Virus record (IMG/VR): IMGVR_UViG_3300045999_011383
Direction: 5' to 3' (one strand)
Source of the DNA: a virus
DNA length: 64,000 nt
Both the position numbers and the translations under genes were made by a program. Shown piece by piece: positions 12,101 through 18,573 of the stretch (positions are counted from its first letter, which is position 1; each line of letters opens with the position of its first letter). The notes below the pieces were generated by a model. It made no database searches, was not told the DNA's origin, and was given only the letters and a program-made list of their open reading frames with translations.

Positions 12101-14826
12101 TAATTCTTTCTATCTTTTTCAAGTATCTGCCCTTCTGCATAATTTAACGAACCTATCATCTCATTTGCTAATTTAGTTTTTCGTCTTATAGGTGATTTTC
12201 CTTTAGAATGAACGTCGGTAAGTTCACTATTAATATATTTTTGATACCCCTGATCCTCGGCTTGTTTAACGATTGCATCTATGTCTGTAACTGCTTTTTC
12301 GGTATGAGATGCAAAGTTTTTAAGCTTATTTCTTGTTGCATCAATATCTTCTAAATTACCTGATTTCTTAGCACGATCAACATCAGCTTTTAGTTTTTTA
12401 TACTCTGCGGTAAAATAATCGTTTATAATCTCAAATACATCTCTTGTTGTGTCTAAAGATGTCTGTTTTTTTGTGTTTATTTTTTCAATATTTATTGGTT
12501 TTTGCGGTACTAATTGAGCGTTACCTTCTTGATCGGTTGCATCCATAAATCTTTTAGATGCTACAATATTTTTTGCAGTATTTAACCGCACTGAGTTAAT
12601 ATTTTGTTTTAACTCTAGCGGCAATGGTTCTAACACTGTAATATCTTCGTTTTTAGTAGATTTTTGAGGAATATTTACAGGCTGCTGTAACTGCTGTGCT
12701 TGTTCTGTAGGCAACTGTAAAGGTGTTTTTTGTTCTGCGTTACTAGGTAAACTAGCATTTATCTTTTGATTGATTTGAGATTGAACAAAGTCCTTAGCTG
12801 CTTTAGCAGTGTTAGATAACGATTCAACGGTATTATTTAAACCTTTTGCAATATTTGACTGCGCTAAGTCAAGCTGTTGTTTAACTTTTGGTAGTACATC
12901 TTGCTTTGGCTGCAATAGCTCTGCATCATTGTTAGTAGACTTAGGTTTTTTAGGATCACTTGCAGAGTTAATTGCAGATTGCGTAGAACCAGTTAATACA
13001 TTAACTGCATTAGCCAGTAGTTGAACCGCGTTCTTTAAATCATTTGCAGACTGCTTAATCTCTAAAGAAGCAGCTTTTATTTTGTTTATAGAATCATTAA
13101 AACCTTTGGTTGTTTTGTTAAGATTAACAGCAGCTTGCTTGATTTCGGAGGAGGCTGTTTCTACTTTAACTAATAACTTGTTAGTTTCCTTGTCGGATTC
13201 AAATTTAGATTTAGTTTTTTTGGGCTTTTGAGAAGCATTTATAGTAGCACTATTAGCTAATATATTGGCTGCGTTAATTAATAATTGAGCAGCATTTTCT
13301 AAATCCGAACTAGTAGCAACAGGTTGTTGAGATTTATTAGATTTTTGAAATATCTTTTTAACATTTTTAACTATTAAATTCTCAGGTACATGAGATTGAG
13401 GTTTTAGGACTTGATCTGCTTGTTGAGGTGCTGATTTTTGAGGTGCTGGTTGACCTGCCTCTTTAAGAATTTCAAATGCCCTTTGAGATGCCCTGCTGAT
13501 TTTTTTGCTTGTTGAACTCTGACCTGTTGAACTCTGACCTGTTGAACTCTGACCTGTTGAACTCTGACCTGTTGAACTCTGACCTGTTGAACTCTGACCT
13601 GTTGAACTCTGACCTGTTGAACTCTGACCTGTTGAACTCTGAGATTCTGATATCTCATTTATATACGGTATTACTACTTTTTTGAAAACTTGTTTTCCTG
13701 CTCTAGCAAGCAAATCCTTAGTTCTTTGTTGTGATAAATTACCACTTGCATAATCAAACGCAAAATCAACGACTATATTTTGTACAATTCTTTTCACCTG
13801 ATTTTCTGGCAATTTATCAGTTGAAATAGTTTTTTCGCTAATACTTGCAGATGCTGAAACAGGATCAGGGTTGACTTGAGTTTTTTGTTTTTTTACTTTT
13901 TGTGAACTAGATTCTGTCTGCGTATTTTGTGTTGGTGCATCCCCAGGATTAGCTTGTGTTTTTGTACGCAAGCCAAAATAACGCAAAAACGCATTATTAG
14001 CTTTTCTGGCCATGCCAGAAATATTTGCGCCGAATATGTCTTCAGCACTCTTATCAAGTCCACCAATAAATTGCTTTCCAATTTCTTGAAAAATGCCATT
14101 CAAGGCAGCACTAACAGGATTAGCAACTACATTCACATTTTGTGTTTTACGTGACGACAAAACCTCTTTAGCTGCTTGTTGTTGCACTGGCGTTGAAGAT
14201 GATTTCTGATCTTTCCCTCGATTAGACTCTTTAACAGCATCTTTAACAGCATCAGTTAAACTTTTTTCCAGTTGCTTACTTAATTTTGATTCAGCAGTAA
14301 TAGCAATAGTTTTACTAGAAAGTCCATTTAATCTACGATTTAATTCATCAAGATTTTTTGAATTAACGTTAACATTAATTGGATTATTATCAAAATGTTT
14401 ATTAACTTGTTTAAGATGTTGCGCCTCTAAACTTAAACGTTCATTTAAGATAGTCAATTGACTATCGTTAACCACCGGAGTAATAGGGTTACTTTTAAAA
14501 TAATCATTAGTTTTTTTAAGATGTCGTACTTTTAAATTTAAGTGTTCATTTAAGTTAGTCAATTGACTATCGTTAACCACGGGAGTAATAGGGTTACTTT
14601 TAAAATAATCATTAGTTTTTTTAAGACGTTGCTGATTAACACTCAAATGACTACTTAAATTATCTTTTTTTGTAGTTTTATTGTTGTCAAGAGATAAATT
14701 AATATCTTTAAAACTTTTTTCTACTGCTTTTGCAGCTTCATAAGCCTTCTTCTTAGCCCGTTCCAAAGTCTTTTCTAATTCAGAGGAATCAGCAGACAAC
14801 TCTACAATTAATTCGCCTAAATTCAT
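1..14826 (-). CDS. giant tail tape measure protein (>=4942 aa; C-terminus beyond left edge)
   Basis: GGAG-N8-ATG at 14826 (MNLGELIVELSADSSELEK...). The minus frame stayed open in every stretch I translated (14826-13500, 10760-8900, 7140-7090, 4920-4740, 720-1), always in the same phase. Canonical tape-measure core at ~4560-4900: LSALGINGQDASLVFMAYTQILAKGKLSMEELRQQLGEKFPPAMGVFAKAMGVSVPEMNALVASG. Several TMP-typical xSPSxVxxEIG motifs. No minus ORF in this phase appears in the track, consistent with one ORF lacking a stop in the window. Confidence 0.85.
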   Translation of the reverse strand, partial: MNLGELIVELSADSSELEKTLERAKKKAYEAAKAVEKSFKDINLSLDNNKTTKKDNLSSHLSVNQQRLKKTNDYFKSNPITPVVNDSQLTNLNEHLNLKVRHLKKTNDYFKSNPITPVVNDSQLTILNERLSLEAQHLKQVNKHFDNNPINVNVNSKNLDELNRRLNGLSSKTIAITAESKLSKQLEKSLTDAVKDAVKESNRGKDQKSSSTPVQQQAAKEVLSSRKTQNVNVVANPVSAALNGIFQEIGKQFIGGLDKSAEDIFGANISGMARKANNAFLRYFGLRTKTQANPGDAPTQNTQTESSSQKVKKQKTQVNPDPVSASASISEKTISTDKLPENQVKRIVQNIVVDFAFDYASGNLSQQRTKDLLARAGKQVFKKVVIPYINEISESQSSTGQSSTGQSSTGQSSTGQSSTGQSSTGQSSTGQSSTGQSSTSKKISRASQRAFEILKEAGQPAPQKSAPQQADQVLKPQSHVPENLIVKNVKKIFQKSNKSQQPVATSSDLENAAQLLINAANILANSATINASQKPKKTKSKFESDKETNKLLVKVETASSEIKQAAVNLNKTTKGFNDSINKIKAASLEIKQSANDLKNAVQLLANAVNVLTGSTQSAINSASDPKKPKSTNNDAELLQPKQDVLPKVKQQLDLAQSNIAKGLNNTVESLSNTAKAAKDFVQSQINQKINASLPSNAEQKTPLQLPTEQAQQLQQPVNIPQKSTKNEDITVLEPLPLELKQNINSVRLNTAKNIVASKRFMDATDQEGNAQLVPQKPINIEKINTKKQTSLDTTRDVFEIINDYFTAEYKKLKADVDRAKKSGNLEDIDATRNKLKNFASHTEKAVTDIDAIVKQAEDQGYQKYINSELTDVHSKGKSPIRRKTKLANEMIGSLNYAEGQILEKDRKNYVAQAEKAGIEIPEGLKRGIVSNFDGVSAETKKLLNDFIKVVKKQLGIQSPSLVMFEIGMMIASGLFFGMQKGNSKVSEGARKMVTTIKSAFDPLNDLSSLGLAGTYMIPNLSDISNKAMIAMSATSTGLNMLDKVGEHHAANPDQTLFQATYGTAKNFVKDAVTDKSFVKPREAVDHLVNVAKFGTELVTPLGLKAFTNPIESANDGVAAAFRTMAIAKSLKQAHQDTKQQTQQDSTLNYASTFKNVLPQYLKANKIGRAEALKMFGGGLKVVPGMHGGNDANLYNAGAVAMGTAASLANATIGKFAPVANFVQTGKDVVKGLEQGILKNAGIATNAIATLGDSVQSQIKQNMGISSPSKVMIALGLMITSGLAVGIKKGIVDVSGASKLLLKVFDFVTKKINLFNSQDISSYDDIIKNSADGTAQTTKNVYDEANKVNKRTFFGSLLGAGMVAIGSTGILGDKVSAPFKHLGAYYQGNIDVHKIQGRTAREAEMAVMYQSMAEFAKANKKKEWKNLWGMAQKQTEMISDDWSVTSGVVGTSVAQIPEFKTLYKTLGGFNYGQNKEGGLQINDVYDWNAGEKKATKFKTPFGVAKKVNDFLIKHPKMAEKLGFTYNPKYKGYGINTKKAPLFVFLGDPDDPTLSNGNDIILGDAIHSVIGGKAYIQSHTTSQEKLRELQKKARTAFNRVQGNPVRFAEQPEIQSYLEGLDFGDAPSYNLLNLFGVNDVLNRRTAKNNLTKEKIESFKKSGAFPYEENIKHGKGLLEEFEKDKASNPLYSVAKFANKKGLNDYLLMSMHEQAGIENKLKLQKEIFKELSGRMPASYKNPVINHKSFFDNIKQMRKDGLSYKDIGTNLVSAFGEGILTSSGTAIKIVINFAKNILNAIKEAFNITLPNRQKTNTAKGLGLGLGLNETVKMDGENNADAPSNYSHFDLFGTNHILNKRKTADNLIKEKIESLRDSGAFSSKKNIERGKSLLRDFDNNKVSRGKLYSLPYFILSKRLDFDSLMAMQEQAGIQNRTGVRKGIFKFLSRNLPDSYVEPTINHKSFFDNIKQMRKDGLSYKDIGRNVISAFSEGVLTSAGSALATVIIFAKNILSAIKKVFRIASPSGEGIDVGKNFASSTGVGIDNGSDKAVESAKTLAEKLKATLREEFKSQILSEENLQINPARVLSQQMERFDGYVSGITPEEIRKKYAELQKRNISGISHDYVFKYAANDLEELLDPTNKSDATIKRDKKKADYIQKTLNNVFDKFDDWDSKWGDAFVQTDDGVKSKQEYLKSKYPYTYQKDGFIRENSFVGINDVLNRRTAKNAFLKERIEMESEYFNTPSSIKEGQRLLRKYEKIKSRYPFYSLEKFAEEEGLYPHRLIPMHEQAKRANKPKLQKEILDYTGTYYEDVKPINPKGFFDNIKQMRKDGLGYKDIGINLISALKEGVLLSVPHVLRTINIFAKSVIATVKNIFKIASPSQVFIEIGKNIISSIGTGIKNFAPIALKATQDIAGGIFKTLLNFSKGKVFKNIGTSFFNGGVLKNLISSFFAGGALKDVGIGLISSMFKGGALKDVGIEFISSMFMGGGLPNIAIGLVSSLFAGGIFKNVAIDSIFKGGGIFKNIGVGLISSIFKGGSLQDISIQLISSFFKGGSLKDVGIGLVSAIFKSTNLQDISSNFFSSIFKGGGLQNISSNFFSSIFKDGILKNISSSFKKLLSGYAPVPDSQSTPQNPQGSITLADQYLNAGNTLVTNVFEAVKSSIRQSTLSGYASLGQVMRNAVNAALFSLSNTLKQPLHQALLSQARSILPWFLQFIPASFQLLPKLSFAMPFVGGMALRFGNSIIKNLLENNILKEGGFLTNLLSSITKINLPTLAGTKTAGVAGFLSKIVAPLPFIAGSHPLLGLGINAVSPVYDAFSGILGLDNSMKPNLKKQALSAKEVFENQTKINRKKAQLQDFKGVDASKELVENLGNTLLNSVLNNLDIPVIPKSVIQRMIGRKMGERSGTIADVINAFGIEKSKAEQVLTRNLESGNTKRLDGLTKQILRERGVTKSARDAMTPEQLAAARDSVLNNPLDITKKERDFLRFEGDLEANIGKKGFDITQRTREAKLIRILRERGVSNAEIKNIRQSNGLNDLAADLVANPRTSTKGFMGKLTEAYASNDQDAMKELVKQGLKRAGMSTKQINNIDPKLLDTATAGLMTTLSGLQVKFREKGFDMGKALAKGFEDSMVNLANAKDDLEYNAKKALGQANFGDSVGLIFRRMFRGTAATQGQFTEMYNQMGSGVKKLMFGGSKDGDEMFPNVLQFFGSIATTLMPIQTMIGAITPLLLPLAPIITGIGMAVNMVAPHVAKLIDGIQRVEVLQRRFKFLGGSTEGGKAEFNYAKDVANKLNVPSEVAANSYSQLAIAAKDSKMEGQGVKELFEGITSSLSALGINGQDASLVFMAYTQILAKGKLSMEELRQQLGEKFPPAMGVFAKAMGVSVPEMNALVASGSVLSQDILPKVAKVLKEDYGNAAADQAGGLVVALNKLGNVGFEITTIFTDKLGGTLAFFVNSFANILGVLSGALKDLIPLAQSFMIGFAATISIGLTIILSKFKPFLVVMTSLQSFLLATFSAITTNMMPMVIGIMSDVADGWLGAERNLMDNMFQGVNNMIVTVFGTIDSVMRSMSNNQFSFSSMFGNLIQGAQQAGNIMEWLKGVFAGFFKIIPSGLVELLAIVFMLEQGTGLMVMALWPAIKGLWGGITGIFGATAKAFYGVMGTIKSVTELMMTSSAAAGNAMNDVAVRNARSMAIVQGGLAFLSKALLHFSIGYAALMFSKGDFSDPMRESINKSTADINKHLTDVRLNINKTTEAFNKATKSVEELGKGIANALPSKGVQLDIRSLWGGGDWKWDDAVRETNAKYRTDGKGASPQGPSAMDIIGTGALYAGGAGYGYAAGAKATKAIVDLAVKTGSILASNAALGSAAGPRMAVPLFGKLATAIAPVVAVMGPWGLAIAGLIAAVITATVALDLFAPKITKEQLNNAENQGGLPPEIKQIINAKKEGERLDLASQQVIKLYKDQELNNERLREFANSVGLDGNPNNFVAPRVAAMPEKQRKEFELTDKAKNINTDIENKRKSLKAIEDNADTEVEKSAARSGDSYKKVQAELAQLEKNKKLMQLDFMASYGNKSKMDAIDKQIKDKEAEIRKAVEQVPESTPWIVSSYEGLGGFAPVNKPVVPKDLKPKEDLENLKKQKATLQTNIGASAQRRLDYDEIKNIDARLKKAATEFVDLQEQLRTNPSSALRAKAGTTRELIKQLQKQREKFVDSFGDPTPALKRSIKDIKDKIAEVQTKSDVPEAQKKVTTKQLRETLNQLQKMLATATQFSVTEISESMYTQATNALKDAETKYNANMNANKIASNLSQSRIYGKTNLTSQQIAPELSRQQIKDLETQQSELNKNLTVKESNLKNLNVALALGVGDMAGLTSEIEKLQQDIMKDKEQISQNVLEIAKARREANQALIDQTKQVAEYYRTNIRESELAVIEYKKAIVSIKNLGFANRLRQALIGAGTNIVTEFVEGLINIFQQLGEIENIRIDQERQKLEYRNSITDMQLKMSELQRSIPGLDPNKLGQFNQSLKGIGGTLLDIGKEIERINKMLGIDVVNSTNGLNMALTKVSNTFSNLNSMPSIVVSLPGNPNTPVPPSLHPPIDRIIPISNPKKPNNDPYEWMGIPTKQSELPAINPTAIASMSKGVLVAGIASDVPYLPPQPQLVAQAPPGGKSANKPKPPNNAIVSPIGGMNISEFNKKNYSVDSNLIMRFYVDQNQKVLSSVAGTLVRVNANTVELQKNINGKLLAIRYGGLNIDKNIKFNKDNRASVTAGQVLGTRTNWAGTESKVGISVTIDGKAKNPSKFFRDAVEGKRQNPITKFGNWLFDKIDPDTEKLGLVPQNVSPSWLKNLRTGVGNLGRGVGNFGKGAWDMTTSVFGFGKKVIENSPGYRLAEQIPIVRAVKETYDEKQKREEARKREEARKREEARKREEARKREEARKREEARKREEAR
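7000..7560 (-). repeat. about 10-12 degenerate ~57-nt coding repeats (19-aa Gly-rich unit) inside TMP
   Basis: Minus-frame translation gives ...GLISSMFKGGALKDVGIEFISSMFMGGGLPNIAIGLVSSLFAGGIFKNVAIDSIFKGGGIFKNIGVGLISSIFKGGSLQDISIQLISSFFKGGSLKDVGIGLVSAIFKSTNLQDISSNFFSSIFKGGGLQ... Confidence 0.75.
7829..9609 (-). repeat. three copies of a 200-350-aa TMP-internal module ending KSFFDNIKQMRKDGLSYKDIG
   Basis: The 67-nt block ctatatctttatagctgagtccatctttccgcatctgcttaatattgtcaaaaaagcttttatgatt is identical at 8901-8967 and 9543-9609. A diverged copy lies at ~7829-7895. The flanking protein sequence is also similar (FG.NDVLNRRTAKN...KEKIES...). Confidence 0.85.
13511..13641 (-). repeat. perfect 15-nt tandem repeat x~8.7 coding (SSTGQ)n in TMP
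   Basis: gttgaactctgacct repeated. Checked codon by codon: ...NEISESQ SSTGQ SSTGQ... in the TMP frame. Confidence 0.95.
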
Positions 14827-14879
14827 AATACTAACTCCTATAAAGAAAAAGATTACAGACCAAGAATATTAATCTGTAA

Positions 14880-15158
14880 TCAAGACAGTAGCAAATTCAA
14901 AGCTGATAAAATAGCAGGTGGCAACCGATTGTTTTTAATAATATCCTTGAGGATACTTTCAGTTACTTGGCTAATCTTACGGGAATTGTCCTTAATATCA
15001 TCAGGAAAGGGCAATAAATCAACAAAGTCCATATTGGGGTCAGTTTCCTTTTTGAACCCGTTAAAAAGCCCTGTCCAACCGATCGCATGAACCCGACCCT
15101 CAACATTAGCCTGTTCCCTGCGGTAGCGTTCAAGTGCTTCAATACACTCAAACACCAC
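14880..15158 (-). CDS. putative tail assembly chaperone-like protein (92 aa)
   Basis: ORF track. Sits immediately upstream of the TMP start, the usual chaperone slot. GTG start. No motif-level proof. Confidence 0.4.
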   Translation of the reverse strand: MVFECIEALERYRREQANVEGRVHAIGWTGLFNGFKKETDPNMDFVDLLPFPDDIKDNSRKISQVTESILKDIIKNNRLPPAILSALNLLLS

Positions 15159-15172
15159 GTGAACTGGCTGAT

Positions 15173-16036
15173 CTAGGAAGGTATCCCAGTCTCTAAATCT
15201 AGGGTCGGCAATTCGGTAGGATTGGATACGCCAGTAGATGTCTCCCCAGTCAACAGGGGAACTGGTTGCTCCCCCTCAACAGGTGCGGATGGAGGCTCAA
15301 CTTCTACCTGCCATCTACTACGTTCTTTTTCGTAAAACTCATAAATAGCGGATACAAATTCATCGCTACAATCCTTGGTGTCTTCTTCAGTCCAGTTATC
15401 CGTACCAACTACGTAAGACTTGGTTGATTTGTCGTACAAGAACCCTGTGGAAATTGGTAAGTTTTCAGTCACAGGCTCAACCTGAACCAAGAGTGATTCA
15501 TGGTCAGGGCATGATGCGTAATTGCCAACCACTGTTACCAAGCAATCGCCGAAGCGGATCACTTGTTTGTCCTGCAATGTGAGTTGAAACGGGTGTACAG
15601 AGATACTTGTAGAATTGAAAGTTACAGGTGCAATCAATTGTACTGGGAAAGCTACTCGCTTTTTGATCAATAGAGTGGCTATAGCAATGGACACAGAGGT
15701 ACTATCTGTGGCACTCAGGGCATTTAGTTCGGTGAAGTCCTCAATGTAGTCGTAAATGACATCAGAGTTATCTATTTCAGAAGTTCCGTCAGCAGAACGA
15801 GTAGGGGAAAGTAGTTCCTGGGCTTCTGCAATTGTCACCCCACGATCTACAGAGATTTTCTTAACTAATTTAGAGGCAATAATAGCGGCTCTTTGTCTTT
15901 TTGCATCTATAGACCCAATGTCCATAGATTCACCCGTGGTCAATGAACCGCGTTTTTCTAAATAAATAATTCCGGTGTTTTCGTTGCCTACAGGAATGAT
16001 CTCAAAATTGGATTTCTTGCTAATTATTGGGCGCAT
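15173..16036 (-). CDS. tail-module protein, possible assembly chaperone (287 aa)
   Basis: ORF track. Lies between the tail tube candidate and TMP and has an acidic C-terminus. It is in the -1 phase relative to the upstream 79-aa ORF. Confidence 0.5.
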   Translation of the reverse strand: MRPIISKKSNFEIIPVGNENTGIIYLEKRGSLTTGESMDIGSIDAKRQRAAIIASKLVKKISVDRGVTIAEAQELLSPTRSADGTSEIDNSDVIYDYIEDFTELNALSATDSTSVSIAIATLLIKKRVAFPVQLIAPVTFNSTSISVHPFQLTLQDKQVIRFGDCLVTVVGNYASCPDHESLLVQVEPVTENLPISTGFLYDKSTKSYVVGTDNWTEEDTKDCSDEFVSAIYEFYEKERSRWQVEVEPPSAPVEGEQPVPLLTGETSTGVSNPTELPTLDLETGIPS

Positions 16037-16263
16037 AATTCGATTTCTAAATTATCATGGGAATCGGCTAAAAGTTGATAGGTTGCCACCTGCTTAACAG
16101 AATCAGGAATCTTGATTTTAAAAGAGGAATTGTGACTGGAAACAGTTATTTCACCTGACAACCCCCCTCTAAAAACTGCCGCACCGCAAAGCAACCTATC
16201 ATCGTCGATGCGGCAGTTGATCAGGACAGCTAATAGTCCAGTGCTATCCTTGAGAACTTTCAT
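16024..16263 (-). CDS. small tail-module protein (79 aa)
   Basis: ORF track. Its ATG overlaps the stop of the upstream gene (16263) and it overlaps the next ORF by 13 nt. Confidence 0.5.
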   Translation of the reverse strand: MKVLKDSTGLLAVLINCRIDDDRLLCGAAVFRGGLSGEITVSSHNSSFKIKIPDSVKQVATYQLLADSHDNLEIELCAQ

Positions 16264-17021
16264 TAGAGGTTATAGGCAGGGAATCCACTGGAAGAACCAC
16301 CAGTTGCGTAGTAACCAGGAAGCCATGAAATTTCACCTTGAAACTCTAAAGTGCCAGTGTATTTCATGACTTCTTGCACCGTAACTGGCATAGTTAACGC
16401 CGTGGTTTTTGCTACACCTTCATATCTTTCGCCAGTAGGGAGTGTAGCGATCGCCCATAAGGGTCGGTTCATTAGCACCGGGTTGTTATATGGTGCTTTG
16501 ATGAAGTGCATCAAACACTGATCGTCTCTAAATTCAGTTCCTTCAAAAGTAATTTCTCGCTTCACACGAACGACGGCAGAGCTAGTACCGCTACCATTCA
16601 TGTTATTGGTGGTATCCACAACAACTGGTCCAAATTGTGGGGTCATGTTAGTGAGTCCTTGTAGCGGAAACATATCCTGAACTAAGCGAGAAGTAGCATT
16701 AGCAGGAATAGCTCTAAACAAAGGAGCAACTGTCAAGGATACTGCGGTAGTACCCGCTAAAGTTGCGTTAGCCAGCAAAAGTACGTGCTGACGACCCAAA
16801 GGATTGCTTTGAGCAGCAAAAGACAAGGAAGTACCAGCAGCAATAGTATAAGTAACGCCTGCTGTTGCAGTAACACTGATAGTAGTAGCTCCCTCTAAAG
16901 CACCGGCAGGACAAGTCAAAGTAGTAAAAGTAACTGAATCAGTGCCGGGGGGAAGTAATTTTAGATCAAGGCTAAAATTTTGAAGAACAATAGACTCAAT
17001 GGGACGGGTCGCTAAAGCCAT
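16263..17021 (-). CDS. putative major tail (tube) protein (252 aa)
   Basis: Position in the operon upstream of chaperones/TMP, plus size and T/S/A/G-rich beta-type composition. Assigned by synteny only. Confidence 0.5.
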   Translation of the reverse strand: MALATRPIESIVLQNFSLDLKLLPPGTDSVTFTTLTCPAGALEGATTISVTATAGVTYTIAAGTSLSFAAQSNPLGRQHVLLLANATLAGTTAVSLTVAPLFRAIPANATSRLVQDMFPLQGLTNMTPQFGPVVVDTTNNMNGSGTSSAVVRVKREITFEGTEFRDDQCLMHFIKAPYNNPVLMNRPLWAIATLPTGERYEGVAKTTALTMPVTVQEVMKYTGTLEFQGEISWLPGYYATGGSSSGFPAYNL

Positions 17022-17055
17022 TTTTAATACCTCAAAAGAAAATAAATTAACTTAA

Positions 17056-17667
17056 TTACGCGCTACGACCAACACGGATGGTATTGTAGAGTGCGTCTAA
17101 ATCTACACTAGGAACGTTGCCCTGGGAATCCACAAGGTTGATTGCCGTGGTTGCGTTGGCGGGAGTTCCTGTTGTACCACCAAGAGTGCCGTCGTACAGG
17201 TATAAAGTGGGACGAATAACAACTACTGAACCTCTTTTTTCATAGAGCAACCGAATACCCCAAGTGGTTGGAGCAATAGCAGGTGGTGCAAAAGTAAGTA
17301 CAGTGCTGTTTGCTGTCGTACTGGGTGCAGTAGCGTTAACACTGATGGTAATAGAAGTGGTACTGTCGATAGCAGTAACAGTGTTAGCAGCAATTGTGCC
17401 ACCACCAGAAGAAACAGTAACTACGTCACCTATACGGACGTTAGCAAAACCATTAGCAGTAGTCGTCGTAATGGTTGCGCTGCCAGTGGTGATGTTACAT
17501 CCAGAAACGTTAAATGTGGCAGGGGTGATACTGGCATGAGTGAATGGAATAAATTGAGACTCCTCAAGACCAGTGTCTACTTCTACCGCAGCACCGGGGT
17601 TAATGACTGCGTTGGTAGCATTGGTTGTGACAGATTTTAGTCTGGCAAAATCTATGGTAATCGGCAT
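17056..17667 (-). CDS. virion structural protein, function unknown (203 aa, T/A/S-rich)
   Basis: ORF track; lies within the structural operon. Confidence 0.55.
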   Translation of the reverse strand: MPITIDFARLKSVTTNATNAVINPGAAVEVDTGLEESQFIPFTHASITPATFNVSGCNITTGSATITTTTANGFANVRIGDVVTVSSGGGTIAANTVTAIDSTTSITISVNATAPSTTANSTVLTFAPPAIAPTTWGIRLLYEKRGSVVVIRPTLYLYDGTLGGTTGTPANATTAINLVDSQGNVPSVDLDALYNTIRVGRSA

Positions 17668-17671
17668 AAGT

Positions 17672-18040
17672 TTAAATCACTACAGGGTCAAAGATGAAAA
17701 TCCTGGCTTGTTCCAATACATCAGAAGTTGCGGGAATGTGCGTGTAACGTAAGACAATAAATCCGGTTTCTATCTTATTGAGAGCAATAGGTAGATTTGA
17801 ATTTTTAGTCCAGTTGCGTAATAGAATTTCCCATTGCTGCGGCTTGTACTTAGAGCCACTGCTAACAACCTTAGCGGCGACACTGGGAACTTCTTTGATT
17901 AAGCACTCAAGTCCGTTACTTGCTGATGGTGGCTGAGATGAACTACCGTACACCCAAATAGAAGGTAGTCCGTTTGTGTAAGTGCCTAACTCAGTAGTAA
18001 GCAATGCACTTAAACGCTTTCTTAAATCAGATACTTTCAT
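17672..18040 (-). CDS. head-tail/neck module protein (122 aa)
   Basis: ORF track; assigned by synteny between the gp10-like protein and the tail genes. Confidence 0.5.
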   Translation of the reverse strand: MKVSDLRKRLSALLTTELGTYTNGLPSIWVYGSSSQPPSASNGLECLIKEVPSVAAKVVSSGSKYKPQQWEILLRNWTKNSNLPIALNKIETGFIVLRYTHIPATSDVLEQARIFIFDPVVI

Positions 18041-18185
18041 GAGAAGGTGTTTTTCTTAACTTACTGAGTGCATCTTGTAACTCAACAAAAGCCGCTTGTG
18101 CGCGAGATTTATCTACTAAGTTACTCAATGCGCTAGTTATATCTTTAACCTCAACAACAGTAGGTTTGCGCTTAAACACCTTCAT
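18027..18185 (-). CDS. small ORF (52 aa) bridging two neck genes
   Basis: Own translation: MKVFKRKPTVVEVKDITSALSNLVDKSRAQAAFVELQDALSKLRKTPSHESI*. It overlaps the stop of 18172-18573 and the start of 17672-18040. Below the 60-aa cutoff of the track. Confidence 0.4.
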   Translation of the reverse strand: MKVFKRKPTVVEVKDITSALSNLVDKSRAQAAFVELQDALSKLRKTPSHESI

Positions 18186-18573
18186 ACTGCACCTGATAAG
18201 AATTTTTTAATTCACCTGTATCAACGATGTTACGAGGTGAGGTGACAGTTCTACCATTTCTGCGGACTGTGGGACGTGGCCACTGCCACCGATCATCCTC
18301 AAGATTGGACTGACAAGCTTCACCAAATCCTTCAGACATGGATACAAACGCATCCTTAAAGTTTTGAGATTGGGAGAACTTACCAGTGTACTCGCCCAGG
18401 AAGTCGTACTCATCAATGGCTACATCTACCCAAGGGCGGGCGGGGTTTTCCGTGCCATTAGACAAAGTAACACCTTCATGAACGATTACCGCGTGAGGGG
18501 CAGTCCAGGCGTGGGTAGCCGTGAGTTTGCGAGGAACTTTGAATCGTTGCCATTTAACTGAAACCATAATCAC
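18172..18573 (-). CDS. HK97 gp10-like head-tail joining / tail completion protein (133 aa)
   Basis: Motifs ...VIVHEGVTLSNGTENPARPW... and IVDTGELKNS resemble the gp10-family pattern H.G...G....RP...tG.L..S. Synteny agrees. Confidence 0.5.
   Translation of the reverse strand: MIMVSVKWQRFKVPRKLTATHAWTAPHAVIVHEGVTLSNGTENPARPWVDVAIDEYDFLGEYTGKFSQSQNFKDAFVSMSEGFGEACQSNLEDDRWQWPRPTVRRNGRTVTSPRNIVDTGELKNSYQVQYEGV

Noticed and set aside
3-14154. About 45 plus-strand ORFs (60-164 aa) and four minus-strand ORFs (930-1112, 10296-10490, 13404-13658, 13893-14099) listed in the track
   Set aside because: All lie inside, antisense to or out of phase with the single giant tape-measure frame. Their products are low-complexity mirror images (LLLSFV repeats, VQQVR repeats). 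They lack RBSs and motifs.
16024-16060. Programmed -1 frameshift joining the 79-aa and 287-aa ORFs (gpG/gpGT-like)
   Set aside because: The downstream ORF is indeed in the -1 phase, and the position upstream of the TMP fits. However, I found no X_XXY_YYZ slippery heptamer in the 13-nt overlap (…GAAATCGAATTATGCGCCCAATAA), and the second ORF has its own ATG. Left as independent genes.
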